A stretch of DNA of 64,000 nt from the human T2T-CHM13v2.0 reference genome, Homo sapiens: the NCBI RefSeq assembly GCF_009914755.1, contig NC_060941.1, one strand, 5' to 3'. Below are positions 14,596-28,074 of this stretch, one piece after another. The notes under the pieces were generated by a model. The model saw only the letters and a list, made by a program, of their open reading frames with translations, had not been told where the DNA came from and ran no database searches. A program made the position numbers and the translations under genes. Numbering within the stretch: the stretch's first letter is position 1; each line of letters begins with the position of its first letter.

Positions 14596-14790
14596 AGTGT
14601 GTTTAGTGTGCAAATATATGTGTGTGCATATATATAATATTTATAGTATATATAAGAATACACATGCACACACACATATATGCATGCATATATATGTGTG
14701 TGTGTATATATATATACACGTGTATATATATATATATATATACACGTGTATATATATATATATATATACACACATGTGTATATGTATATA
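14596..14790. repeat. (TA)n/(CA)n/(TG)n compound microsatellite
   Basis: Long alternating purine-pyrimidine tract. Confidence 0.9.
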
Positions 14791-15265
14791 AATTCTTAAG
14801 AAAGATGCCAACGAAAGGAAAGTTTTAGTTTGATACTTTTGTAGAAAGAAACCAGAGGTAGAGGAAGAAAAAGAAACTTTTATTTTTCATTTTGGTACCA
14901 TTTTGACTTTTTTTTAACAATGTTCATGTAATATGTTTAATATTATTTTAAGGCTAACAGTGTTATCTGGCTGAAGAGATGAGGAGCCACTTAAATTTTC
15001 GTCATATTTTCCAGGTAAAAAAAAGCACATGACAAATTTTACATGAAAATGTTTTCTGAACACCTTGTATATACTAGGCATGCAAACATACAGAAGACTC
15101 CTGCCCTGAAGGAGCTCCAACTCACAGGGAGATACATACATTCAAACAGAATATTAGAAAACATTGTGATGCGATAATAGAAATAAGCACAGGGTGACAT
15201 GGGAGCATCGAAGTACAGACTGTGCCAAATGCTAGTTATGCACTTCAAAAATGGGAAGCATTCTT

Positions 15266-15725
15266 TTTTTATTTTATTTTATTATTATTATACTTTAAGT
15301 TTTAGGGTACATGTGCACAACGTGCAGGTTTGTTACATATGTATACATGTGCCATGTTGGTGTGCTGCACCCATTAACTCGTCATTTAGCATTAAGTGTA
15401 TCTCCTAATGCTATCCCTCCCCCCTTCCCCCACCCCACAATAATCTCCAGTGTGTGACGTTCCCCTTCCTGTGTCCATGTGTTCTCATTGTTCAATTCCC
15501 ACCTATGAGTGAGAACATGCGGTGTTTGGTTTTTTGTCCTTGCGATAGTTTGCTGAGAATGATGGTTTCCAGTTTCATCCACGTAGAAAGCTGAAACTGG
15601 ATCCCTTCCTTACACCTTATACAGAAATTAATTCAAGATGGATTAAAGACTTAAATGTTAGACCTAAAACCATAAAAACCCTAGAAGAAAACCTAGGCAA
15701 TACCATTCAGGACATAGGCATGGCA
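15266..15725 (-). mobile_element. L1PA, short 5'-inverted (twin-primed) insertion
   Basis: Antisense 3' end at 15266-15582, sense ORF2 piece at 15583-15725; TSD aagcattctt at 15256-15265 and 15726-15735. Confidence 0.93.
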
Positions 15726-15799
15726 AAGCATTCTTGCCATTGGTGGTTGGATGAGAGGTAGGAGCGTGTGGTCTGGAGTGGGAGGGGTCGAGTCAGGTG

Positions 15800-15925
15800 A
15801 CTGGACTCTGAACTTTGCTTTCTCATTTATAAAAAAAGTGACTAAACACTTATCTCATGGGTTGCATACAGATTACATAAAATCATGTCTATAAAAAGCC
15901 TGGCACATAGTGGCATTCAAATTTG
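15800..15925 (+). mobile_element. MIR fragment
   Basis: tttctcatttataaaa...cctggcacatagt core. Confidence 0.65.
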
Positions 15926-16581
15926 AGTGCTTTTTCCCTTCCTGTGACTCAAACCAGAAGCCTGGAAATTGCGCTAGGTAGATGTTTCCTTTTTTTAGGT
16001 TAAGAACAACAAGATACCCCAGAGATGAGACAAATGACTTGCCCAACATGACTGGCTAATTAGAGGTAGAGCTGACACAAAAGCATGGATGACCTGACAC
16101 CTCAGTTGATTTTCCTTGCATGGTACCTATAAGGATAGTGACATTTAATCATGTTCCATTTTCTATTTCTTGTGACAAGGGGCAATAAGAGGTGGTATGA
16201 AAGGCAGATGGGTCACAAAACCCCAAAGCACTGGCTATGTTATGCTTCTTGATGAAATGCCAGGCTCCGGGTCTGCAAGGAACAGTCCACCACCAGGGAC
16301 CAAGAATCTTAGGGATTTATCTGCCTCTTCTTCCCCACCACCCTCCTCCTCATGAACCAGTCAATGATGAGCAGAGGCTTCTATTCTACTCTGAAGGAGC
16401 TATTTATGAATTTGTGTTATCAACATAACAACATGTTCATAACACCAAGTATGTTCCAGTTGTGTGTGTTCTAAGGAGTTAAAAGTTTATGAGGGAAGAG
16501 GGATGCATTTGAGAAATAAGGAGGAAGTCTTCAGATGTTCAGTTTTTAAGAGATGAAGGTGAAAGTCCACTTCTCCATTCT

Positions 16582-16782
16582 TGATTTTTAAAATTTTTAC
16601 CTTTTAGTGATAGAGTTTCACTCTATCACCCAAACTGGAGTGCAGTGGCAAGATCAGAGCACATTGCAGCCTCAGACTCCTGGGCTCAAGGGGTCCTCCT
16701 GCCTCGGCCCCCTGAATAGCTGAAACTACAAGCACGCATTACCATGCCCAGCTAATTAATTAATTAACATCTTTTTTCCATC
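16582..16782 (-). mobile_element. AluJ right monomer/FRAM
   Basis: Single right arm; TSD tctccattct at 16572-16581 and 16783-16792. Confidence 0.85.
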
Positions 16783-17080
16783 TCTCCATTCTGTAGTACT
16801 TGTCCACACCAAGTAGGAGAGGTAAGAGCTTCAACAGTGAAAGATATCTTAATAGCTCTTAAATTCTCAAGGAATTCTAAGGGCAGGAGCTAATAAAATA
16901 ATTAACACTGCACTTCTGAAGGGCAGCCACAGATAAACTGCACCTAGGAGCCAGCTGGGTATCTGCACAAGCTAAGTTGACAAAAAAAGCTCTTCAAACA
17001 CTTCTTGCTAATCAGCTCAATTACAGATTATCCTGCAGAGAGGAGTTCCAAATGAATGCTAGTTAAATGTTGTGCTTTGC

Positions 17081-17409
17081 TATTGCTCTGTGTAAAAAGC
17101 TAGGGTTAAATTTTTGCTGTGCCCATTGTTAAACAAAAAGACTGTCCTTTTCATTAAAAAGGAAGTGAAGACTGTGGGCTATTTCTGCTCTCTACAATTC
17201 TTTCAGCCTGAAGAACACTTAGCACCTGGGCTGGGCTGCCCCAGACCTTCATCTGCTTGGGGATTAATCCAGAGAGCTTTGATTTAAAGAACTATAGACA
17301 GCAGAAATACCCCCACAGTCTTCACTCATTTTTTAATAAACAGGACAGTCTTTATCTTTAATAATGGGCACAACTAAAATTTAACTCTAGCTTTTTATAG
17401 AAAGCAATA
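17081..17409. repeat. Long inverted repeat (123/124-bp arms, 82-bp spacer)
   Basis: 17081-17203 is the reverse complement of 17286-17409 at about 85% identity (19 differences by hand alignment). Confidence 0.92.
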
Positions 17410-17679
17410 AACAGGGTATCAATTATACAGGTACGTTAACAAGTCAAAGAAGAGTTGAGCATTTTGCCTCTTAAATTACTTCTTCTCAGAGTTCCTTGGT
17501 CCAGGAGGTCTCTGATCCTTAGGATCCAGATTATTACTGAATCAGGCAGTGTCATGTCCTTTGTGATTCATGTTCCTTCTATTATAGACATAATTTGATA
17601 TAAACAGAAGGTTGGCTCCTTAAAGTACTTCAGGAGAATAGTGTTATATGCACAATAGGATAAAAATATTTATTATCAA

Positions 17680-17840
17680 TAACAGTATTACTATATACTG
17701 AGCATTTACTGTGCAAGAAAATTTCATAATTGCTATGCATATATTAACTCTGTGCATCCTCTTAACAACACTCTGAAGTAAGTGAAGTAAGTGCAATTAA
17801 TTATTCTCATCTTGCATATAAGGAAATTAAGGCTTATAAG
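17680..17840 (-). mobile_element. MIR fragment
   Basis: actgagcatttactgtg...catcctcttaacaacactctgaagta...aggaaattaaggc. Confidence 0.65.
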
Positions 17841-17864
17841 GAGCTCCCCCATACTATCAACATA

Positions 17865-18409
17865 GTATATTAGCTACCTATTTTTCATAACAAATTACCC
17901 CACAACTTAGAGGCTTAAGACAGTAATAGACATTTATCATCTCATAAAATGTCTAGGTATGAAATTCAGGGATTGTTTCATTGGGTTTTTTGGGGTGAGG
18001 ATCCCTCCTGAGATTACAGTCAAGATGTCAGCTGGGGCTGCAACATATGAAGGCTTGACTGGGGCCAGAGGACCCATTGTCAAGATAATTCACTCATATG
18101 ACTGGCAAGTGGGTGCTGGCTTTTGTAAGGAGACCTCAGTTTCTCCTGGGTCAACATGGGTATCTCCAGAGGATGCTGTAATGTTTTTGCAACATTTCAG
18201 CTGGCTTTGTCCAGAGTGAGCAATTCGAGAGAGAGGGCAAGGTGGAAATGACAGTGTCTTCATAACCTAGCCCCAGAAATTGCACACTGGCACTTCTACC
18301 ATGTTCTTCTGTGTACACAGGACTGCCATGATCCAGTGGGGGAAGCTCCAACACAAGGGTGTAACTATGAGGAGGAGAGAATCATTGGAGGATTTCTTGG
18401 GGGCTGGCA
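17865..18409 (-). mobile_element. MLT1F/H-like MaLR LTR
   Basis: ataacaaattaccccacaacttagaggctta...gtcaagatgtcagctggggctgca...ggcttgactggggc. Confidence 0.8.
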
Positions 18410-19502
18410 GAATTTGGGTTTGAGCTTCAGTCTACTCTCTGTAAAGCTGTACTCTTGACCACTCTATGATATTGCCTCCCTCATAAAAGTAATCCCTTAA
18501 GTATTTAAGATACTTAGACAGTCATGAAAGAGTAAACAATGATGACATAAGAAAAACAACAGTGTACTGAATGCTCATTATGTTCCAGGCATTATACTAA
18601 GTTATCAGTAGCATCCTCTCATCATACCTGATGATGAGGTTCAGAGAAGTTCAATGATTTTCTCAGAGTCTCAGAAGTGAAATCCAAATGGTCTTTCTGA
18701 ATGTGAAGCCTTTGTGAGATGAATGAACAAGTATGGATGGGGGATACTTACATGAAGGGGAAAACGAAGCCCAGGGAGCATGGATCTGTGATTGAGAAAG
18801 GACAGGCAGGAGAAAGCAGAGTTGGAGGTGAAAATCAGGCTGATGCAGTCAAAAGAACATCACCACTCAAATGAGCTGAAATTGGGGGTAAAACCTAAGA
18901 AATAGATAAAGTGAAAGAACTGTCAGGGCATGAATTACACACTGCAGTTTGTCAAATATCACATTGCCCTTATCATCTAGTTCTGTTCTGCTACATGGAT
19001 TTATCTTATTCAGAGAAATCGTTTTGTTTTCTTAAAGACAAGGAGATAAAAGAGAGAGAGAGGGAGAACTTGGCTTCTGAACTTCTCTGTAGACTAGATA
19101 TATCCACTTGAGTAAGTAGAAAATTCTTGAAAATCAAATGCATTTTTCACTTCAAATGAAACCCATTTCTATATTTAAAAATTATTAACCATGATCTAAC
19201 TGATACACAACGTTGCAAATCCAAGCCATGAACTAATCATAGAGTGTCAGTGGGCATTCTAGTCAGCACTGTGCTAAGTGGTAGAAGATATTTAGAGGTA
19301 TAATATGAGGCATCATTCATGTCCCAGAGAGACTTAGATTTATTTGGAGAGAAAAGACATACATAAGGATCCCTCTGCAAAATCTCTACCCAGTGATTCT
19401 TTGAGAATGAGACAGGGAAGGAGGAGCTAATAAAGGATTCATTACTACAACTCCTGCAGGAGAGTTCAGCTCCTAGGGAATCTTGGAGAAACATACAGAA
19501 TG

Positions 19503-19872
19503 AGATACGGTTTGGACTTGTGCCCCTGTCCAAATCTCATCTCGAATTGTAGGAGGGGCCTGGTGGGAGGTGATTGGATCATGGGGATGGATTGTCCCCT
19601 TGCTATTCTCGTGACAGCAAGTGAGTTCTCACAAGATCTGGTGATTTAAAAGTGTGTGGCATCTCCCTCACTGTGCTCTCTCTCTCTCTCTCTTTCCTGC
19701 TGCCATGTAAAGAAGGGTACTTGCTTCCCCTTCACCTTCTGCCCTGATTATAAATTTCCTGAGGCCTCCCCGTCATGCTTCCTGTTAAGCTTGTGGAACT
19801 GTGAGTCAACTAAACCTCTTTTCTTCATAAATTACCCAGTCTCAGGTAGCAGTGTAAGAACAGACTAATACA
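19503..19872 (+). mobile_element. MSTA-like MaLR solo LTR inserted into an older LTR remnant
   Basis: gatacggtttgg...gactaataca; TSD gaatg at 19498-19502 and 19873-19877. Confidence 0.9.
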
Positions 19873-20199
19873 GAATGCTTCCTAGAATTTTTTTTTTTTT
19901 TCTGAAGAACACGAAGCTGGGGGCAGTAAGCCACTGGCTGCCATACTCCACTGGTTGAGGGTTAACCCCCAGGGTAACATCCTTTCCCCTTCTGACTGTG
20001 CCAGGCTGTGAGTTGAGTAGACTACTGTGACTTTGAAGAAAGCCCTAAGGCAGAAAAATAAAGCCATGCCATAGCGTGCCCTTGAAATGGCGACACTGAC
20101 AGTGGGCCTGGAGTTGCCTACCACAGCTGTGGTGAAATCAGAGGTAGGTGAATAAGATGTGGTAGAAGGCAAAGAAGTCATCTGCTACAATCAGGAACG

Positions 20200-20420
20200 T
20201 GAAAACTACCTCCTCCTGTACCCTCAAATCAATTGTCATTGGCCAGAAATGGGTCCTATGGCCACCCCTAGCTGAAAAGGAATCTGGAGAATGGAGCAGT
20301 TTTAGCGGGACAGCTTGTAAGAGACAGTTTGTAAGAGCCATGCTGAACAAAATCAGAATTTTACATTCTGTAAGGAAGAATAAGAATGGGTGTCAGGCAG
20401 GCAACTAACAGGTTCTGTTC
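20200..20420 (-). mobile_element. MLT1J/K-like LTR fragment
   Basis: tcattggccagaaatgggtc...ggccacccctagctg...gaacaaaatcag. Confidence 0.65.
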
Positions 20421-21059
20421 AACATCATGTCTAAGAGTAGCCACTCTCTCCTTCCTAGGTAGAGCTGTTCCTCCTGTCCCCCAAATATCTATAAAACATG
20501 CAGTATGGGGACAAAGTTATATTAGGAGCCACCAGCCAATCTTCCTACCATGAAATTGTCAACAACGTACTTTGGTGATTGCTATGCCCTCGTGGCTCAT
20601 GGAGTGTGCAGAAGACGTGGCAGCTATATAATACACCATTTAAGCAGCTGCCATCAACCCTCTTCCACAAATTTAGCTTTCCATGGCAGTTCTTGAGAAG
20701 AGCAGAGAGTAAAGTTTTGGCTGATCATCATGTTGGCAAACCATGGAGAGAGGATTGGGCAACAGAAGGCTCTTTTCGTTCACATCTGTAGCTCAACTGC
20801 TTAACATGTAGTAATATTCCTGGCTGCCCCTGGAAGGTAAGGGTCTCTAACAGTTGTCTTGAAAGAAGTGAAAACCAGAAGACAGACAGCCTCTCTCCTT
20901 TTTTTTCCCACTCTCTGGCTCTTTTTCAAAGAGGACTCTACATGACTCTTGAAACTTGATTTACTCCTTTCCAAAACCTCCAACACAGGAAAAGGGCATA
21001 AAATGGGAAATTCATTCCTGTTTCATATCCCTTTCCTCCTGTTCAGCCTCTGTGGGGAA

Positions 21060-21320
21060 ACAATCGTATGGAGGCTGTTACCGCTGGTGGCCATGGTAAC
21101 AAAATAATTGACATACAGTCTGAAAGTCATAAACATAATGAAACTATAGTTTTTATTGCACTTCACCCTCATCACTGATTAAATCAGATCTGCATAATGC
21201 AAAGATATTAAATTTCCATGTTTCTCATTTTCTCTCCCCTGCCAATAGGAAGGCTTTATTGTGAGGCAACCCTGACAGTGGGCTGGGAACATCATTGCTC
21301 TAGATTTTGCTGAAAAATGT
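21060..21320. promoter_or_regulatory. Candidate enhancer (RFX X-box plus homeodomain/POU-like motifs)
   Basis: gtggccatggtaac at 21087-21100, ctgattaaatcag at 21175-21187, tgcataatgca at 21191-21201, all in unique sequence. Confidence 0.35.
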
Positions 21321-22047
21321 TTTTTTAATAATTGGTGCTGACTGGCCCACAACGCAAAGCAAACTTCTGAGAAACGGTTGGATTCTGGCTCCGTGGAGAT
21401 ACAGCTGCTTGTTTCTGGCAGGTGGAGGTTTTATGGAGCTCTAAGGGAGTAACGAAGAAGAAAAGGGATGTCAAAGGGGCTAGCACACCGGAGGGACACA
21501 TTAATTCAAGAAATAATTGTGGAGGAATTTTACTCCTTAGCCCGCACCCCTGACCTACTGAACTGAAATGGAAGGAAGACAGATGAAAACACATCTGGAC
21601 CAGGCCTGTGTGAGATCTGGGAATAAGAGACATGAATGGAACAGAGCACCTGAATGCAAGGTACTCACAGCCTAAATGAGATGCTCACCAGGGTCACTTG
21701 TCCCCAGTAGCCTGTTTCCAACAAGAACCAACAGGAGTGGGGATTGGGGATGGAATCTGTGCTGGCCAAACAGTACATCATTGTGTGATCATGTTTCAGG
21801 CCTAGTTCTAGGTTCTCCAAGGACTTAAAGATTGATGATATTGATGCTTATAACATAGGAACTTTCATTATAACAGAAAGGTAATGTGATGAGAGGTACA
21901 AAGTGCTGTAAAAATTTTCAGGAAGGAGCACTTACCTCCAGCGGAGGTCTCCAAGAAGGTACTAAGAGGACATTGCCCTTAGCTCATGCTTACATATGTC
22001 GGAGACCTTGCGAAATGATTTTACTGGAAGGAGACTTCATCTCTTGT

Positions 22048-22458
22048 TGTATTAGGCTGTTCTCACATTACTACAGAGAAATATTGGAGACTGGGTAATT
22101 TATAAAGCAAAGAGGTTTAATTGGTTCACAATTCTGCAGGCTGTACAAGGAAGCATCATGATGCTGGTATCTGCTTGGCTTCTGGGGAGGCCTCAGGAAA
22201 CTTACAGTCATGGCAGAAGGTGAAGTGGGAGTAGCACCTCACATGGCCATAGCGGGATCAAGGGAGAGAGAAAGGAGGTGCTACACACTACTAAATGACC
22301 AGATTTCATAAGAACTCGCTCACTATTATGAAGATAGTACCAAGGGGATGGTACTAAATTGCTCATGCAAAATTCGCCCTCATGATCCAATCACCTACCA
22401 CCAGGCCTCAACTCCGACACTGGAGATTTGGGCAGAGACACACATCCAAACTATGTCT
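22048..22458 (-). mobile_element. MSTA/MSTB MaLR solo LTR
   Basis: tgtattaggctgttctc...ggcttctggggaggcctcaggaaacttaca...catccaaactatgtc. Confidence 0.9.
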
Positions 22459-22520
22459 TTTGTATTTTAGTTTAATTTCATCTTAGAAGAAAATGATCAG
22501 AAAAAAAAGGTAGAATGAGG

Positions 22521-22737
22521 CAGTGGTTCTGAACTGGGGACAATTTTTGTCCCCTCCTTGACACCCAGAGGATGTTTGATAATGTCTGGAGAAATTTTGA
22601 TTGTCACAACTAGGGACTGGTGCTACTGGCATTTAGTGAGTAGGGGCCAGGGACGCTGTTAAACATCCTACAATACACAACATAGTCCCCCATAACAGAG
22701 AATTATCTGGCAACAGTGATGAGGTTGAGAAATCCCG
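22521..22737. mobile_element. MER20 (hAT-Charlie)
   Basis: cagtggttctgaactgggg...tgctactggcat...ggttgagaaatcccg. Confidence 0.88.
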
Positions 22738-23514
22738 GCACAAGGAGAAATACAGTTCCACTAACACGCTACTGATACCCCCAGAGACCAGGAGAGAGGC
22801 AGATCATAGCAGGTTCTGAAGCTAAGTTCTGCCCCTGCAGAGCAGGTAATGGATGGTCAAGGCTGTGTCAGGTGAAGGGGACCGACACTCTGGGGCCAAG
22901 GCATGTCATCCATGAGGCTGGAGCAGGAGGGGGCCTGAACACTTCAGGCGGAGATGGAGGGCTAGAAAGGAGACACACCCTGGTTTTACTTTTGGTATGT
23001 TTATTTTACTTCCTTGCCTATGTCTATGTACCAGGAGCCTCCCCCCGCTGCCCCCCGGCCCCCTCGGCCCCACAACCCTCTCTATATTCACCGCTTTCCT
23101 CTCATTCTCCTCTTTCTTTCTTGGATTATTCTTTTCTATCCTCTACTTTCCTACATTTCAAGCATCAGGTGGGTAGGGATGTCATATTCAAGGTCAGGGT
23201 TAAAGAGGTGAGAGGGAGGAAAGAGTTCAATTTCGGGGCCTATTCTTCCCATTTTAAGACGTTCCATGAAAGGAATAGCTACCATTTCACTTTCTCAAGT
23301 TGAAATAAAGTGGCCAAAATCAAAACAGAACCAAACCGAAAAGTGCTTGAAATCCTTGGGCTTGGATCTTTGATTTTAAGTCTCAACAAATTTGCAAAGT
23401 AGTTATCACCATTTAATGGATGGAAAAGCCATGGCTCAAAGACAGTCAAGAAATCTTCCAAGGCAACACAGCCAGGAAATCATTGTCTCAGCACTCCGTT
23501 ATAGAAATTATCCA

Positions 23515-23825
23515 CCGGGCGCAGTGGCTCACGCCTGTAATCCCAGCACTTTGGGAGGCCGAGGCGGGCGGATCACAAGGTCAGGAGATCGAGACCATCC
23601 TGGCTAACACGGTGAAACCCTGTCTCTACTAAAAATACAAAAACTTAGCCGGACATGGTGGCGGGTGGCCAAGTAGTACCAGCTACTCAGGAGGCTGAGA
23701 CAGGAGAATGGCGTGAAGCCAGGAGGCAGAGCTTGCAGTGAGCCGAGATTGCGCCGCTGCACTCCAGCCTGGGCGACAGAGCGAGAGTCCATCTCAAAAA
23801 AATAAAAATAAATAAATAAATAAAT
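23515..23825 (+). mobile_element. AluY
   Basis: Y diagnostics (gagatcgagaccatcctggctaacacgg, agcttgcag); TSD aaattatcca at 23505-23514 and 23826-23835. Confidence 0.95.
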
Positions 23826-23912
23826 AAATTATCCAAAGGTGGTGTCTGTATATTAGCCTCTTTGTTGCTTATTTCAAAAGCTGGGGCTAAACTCAAATTT
23901 TCATGCACCCAG

Positions 23913-24320
23913 TTGTTTTAAAAATAGCCCAAACAAGCAGATTTGTAGCCATTTCAAGTCTGTCTCCTTTGCATATTCCAGGAAACCTCAGGCCACATAC
24001 GTTGGCCATAAAGCCTCCAAGCTGCTACGACCCTGGCCTTAGGCCCTCTCCGACCCAGATCCTCCTACCTTGCTGCTGAGCAACGTCACCTAAACTAAGC
24101 CCCCTTTCTAATTCCTCCAGCCCCAGTAGTTCCCTTGCCCGCCTCCCCTTCTGGATGGTGGCCTCTGCCTCCATCCATGAACTTGCAGACAGTCTCATGC
24201 CATAAGGGATGTCCCAGCCCTGTCCATGCACTGTCCAATACAGCTTATTGTATGTTATTGCCTTTCATGATCACCCCCGTCTCCTTGCTCTGCCTCCAAA
24301 TCCCTCAAACTCCCTACATA
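23913..24320 (+). mobile_element. ERVL-type LTR (MER74/MER73-like, unsure)
   Basis: aaatagcccaaacaagcagatttgtagccattt...ttgctgctgagcaacgtcacct...aatacagcttattg. Confidence 0.5.
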
Positions 24321-24523
24321 TTCCAAGTCAGATTTTCAGCCCAGTGATTTTTTTCCCACTACCGCATTGCTTCCACCTTAGTTTCAAACTTTTTCAAACA
24401 AGTAGGCTTATACAAAGAAATATAGTATCTAAGTAATGTTCCTAGAGAAGGGCCAGGAATTGATCTGAAACTTAATACATTTAGCTCAGTTCCTCAAACC
24501 TGGTAAAAGCTTGCATCATCTAG

Positions 24524-24875
<352 letters not shown>

Positions 24876-25984
24876 ATAGATACTTTATTATTATTATTTA
24901 TTATTGCTACAATTTCCACATGTCCTCTGAAAAGGATTGGACCAGGAATAGTGCCCTAGAGACTTGGTAGTGCTCATCGCGTTATTAAAAACTTCTGTTC
25001 ACTGAGCATTCACTCCATGCCAGGCTCTTACCAAGATCTTGAACAGAATCACTCAGTGGTAGTGGCACATCTTCCAGTCCTTAGGCCATGGTGTTATTCA
25101 TGTAGCAGACAGGGATTCCCTATCTTCCGTGGTTTCCACGTGCATCCTGTCAGTTTACTATCTTGCTTAAGTTTCCTGAAAAACATAATGCAAGGGACTT
25201 GCCACCTAAAAATATAATGCCACTCCTGACTTGAGTTTCTGTCCTGGTTCACGGGCTGCTCCTGTCTTTTACGGGACCAACCCAGCAGCCAGCTCTGGCT
25301 TGAAGGAATCACCAGGGGAAAGGAAATAATACCTTTTAGCAGGCAGAAACACAGGCAATAAAATCATCCCCTGGATCCTGAAGTTCCTGGGCACCTAGAC
25401 GAGAGGGCAGGAGAGCTGTTATTTAGCAGCTTTCAGTTCTGTTATGTCTGTTATGTCTTCCTAACAAATTGCTGGCTTCAGCAACTCCACACCAAAAGCT
25501 GTGGTTATAAATATTACGGGTCCCCTGAGGGCCACAATTCATGGGTTGATAAAATCCCACCTCCCAAGGCAGAGACCCATTGGAAGGAACTGAAATAAAA
25601 TGTCCTTCTTTCTGATCCCGGATGAGCCATATTGAAGCCAATTTCAGGCAGGGATGGGGAGGTGGTGCTGGGGGCTGAGGAGGGACAGAAGTATAGGGTG
25701 TGCCTGAGAGTTGGTGGAAGGGAGAGATGTATGGGACCCCCTTTGATTGCTTTCTTCCCTAATCACCATTATTCGGCCCAGCAAATTGGAAGCTAATGAA
25801 ACTTAGTGACTATGTCCTATATGACATTTCTAGAGAAATGCTAGAAAAAGGATTGAATCCTGTAATGGTCATTTGGCACTTTGTTGGCTTGGAGTCTACC
25901 AGATCAGCCCTTCGGAGTTGTGTTCTTGTCTTCTGCTATGGTACCATGAGCATAGTATCTACCAAAAGATGAATAGTGGAAATG

Positions 25985-26220
25985 ATAATAATTGTAGCTA
26001 GGTGCTTACTAAATGCCAGACCCTTTTGTAAGTGTCTTATGCATATTATTGTTAACTTTTTAAGTCCTCACAACAATCCTAGGAAGTAAGGCTTGTTATT
26101 CTTCCCATTTTATATTTTAGATATAAGTAAATTGAAGAACAGAGATTAAGCAGTCTGCCTACAGATCTTGAAGCAGGTGGAAGGAAATCAGGCCATTGGC
26201 TTTAGAGTTCATGCTTTTTC
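25985..26220 (-). mobile_element. MIR
   Basis: gtgcttactaaatgccagac...tcctcacaacaatcctaggaagta...cccatttt. Confidence 0.7.
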
Positions 26221-26444
26221 GCATGCAACCTCAAGTTATGACCGCATGGGGTATTTCTCTTGCTTTTCATGGACAAGAATGACTAATAAAGATGAATATA
26301 TGTCTATAGAATGCGATCTCAACTATTGCCTATTTTTCTCAAAGCAAAAATCTCTGATGTAATAAAAATAATATGCAAAGTGTTAACCAACCATAACTTT
26401 AAAAAATATTAAGAAAAAATGAACTCAGGAAAATATTTCATTTA

Positions 26445-26570
26445 AAAAAAATTTAAGAGAAGAGGACCCAAATGTTGCCCAGGCTGGCCTGGAACTCCTG
26501 GCCTCAAGTGATCCCCCTACCTCAGCCTCTCAAATAGCTGGAACTACACGCACATGCCACCACACCCAGA
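26445..26570 (-). mobile_element. FLAM/AluJ left monomer
   Basis: atgttgcccaggctggcctggaactcctggcctcaagtgatcc. Confidence 0.8.
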
Positions 26571-26629
26571 TTCAGGAAAAGATTTAAATACAAAAATGAA
26601 GGTATTGATTTAAGACCTTTCTGACTAAT

Positions 26630-26754
26630 TTTTTTTTTTTTTTTTTTTTTTGAGACGGAGTCTCCCTCTGTCGCCTAGGCTGGAGTGCAGTAGCGCAATC
26701 TCAGCTCACCACAACCTCCGCCTCCCGGGTTCAAGCAATTCTCCTGCCTCAGCC
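26630..26754 (-). mobile_element. Heavily 5'-truncated Alu (last ~105 nt plus tail)
   Basis: TSD tctgactaattttt starting at 26620 and 26755. Confidence 0.92.
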
Positions 26755-26983
26755 TCTGACTAATTTTTAAGTGTAATGTTTCTTTGCTAATCAAATCTTG
26801 GTTTTCCCTACCATGCTTTACCGCTAATTGGTTTGAGCCCTGTCTAGAACACAGGACACTTGGGAACATTTGCAGCTTTCTTGTTTCATGGTGGCATTTC
26901 ATGGGTACAAGAAGCTTTGGGGTCAGTCCCCACAGCTTATCAGTCAAAATCATTTTGGGCGCTAGTTAAAAATACTGACTCCA

Positions 26984-27316
<333 letters not shown>

Positions 27317-27625
27317 TCAGAACCCTTAAGAAAGGGGAAGCCTAACTCATTAGCCATAGCTATATGATGAGGTGCTGGAATTGCATCTCGATTGCCCTGG
27401 AATGGTACCAAAGCACGAGTATTGATTAAAGCTTTTGGGTGAGAACAGTGAGAAGCCACGGTTGATAATAATGAGCTTGACCTTTCTGCACTATTAATGG
27501 CTATATTTTGGGTAGTGGCCTTGCTTCTAGCATATGCTGGACACACTTTTTTCCATCATCAGAAAAGACTTATACAATTCGAGTAAAAATTAACTAGCTG
27601 CCTTCATCCCTTGGATCAATAATCA

Positions 27626-28074
<449 letters not shown>

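Noticed and set aside
22872-23303. 143-aa ORF with a hydrophobic stretch, resembling a type II membrane protein
   Set aside because: GTG start, T-rich and C-rich low-complexity origin, no convincing splice structure or homology
25200-25620. Possible ancient Gypsy-like/ERVL LTR
   Set aside because: I could not match the termini or diagnostic motifs confidently
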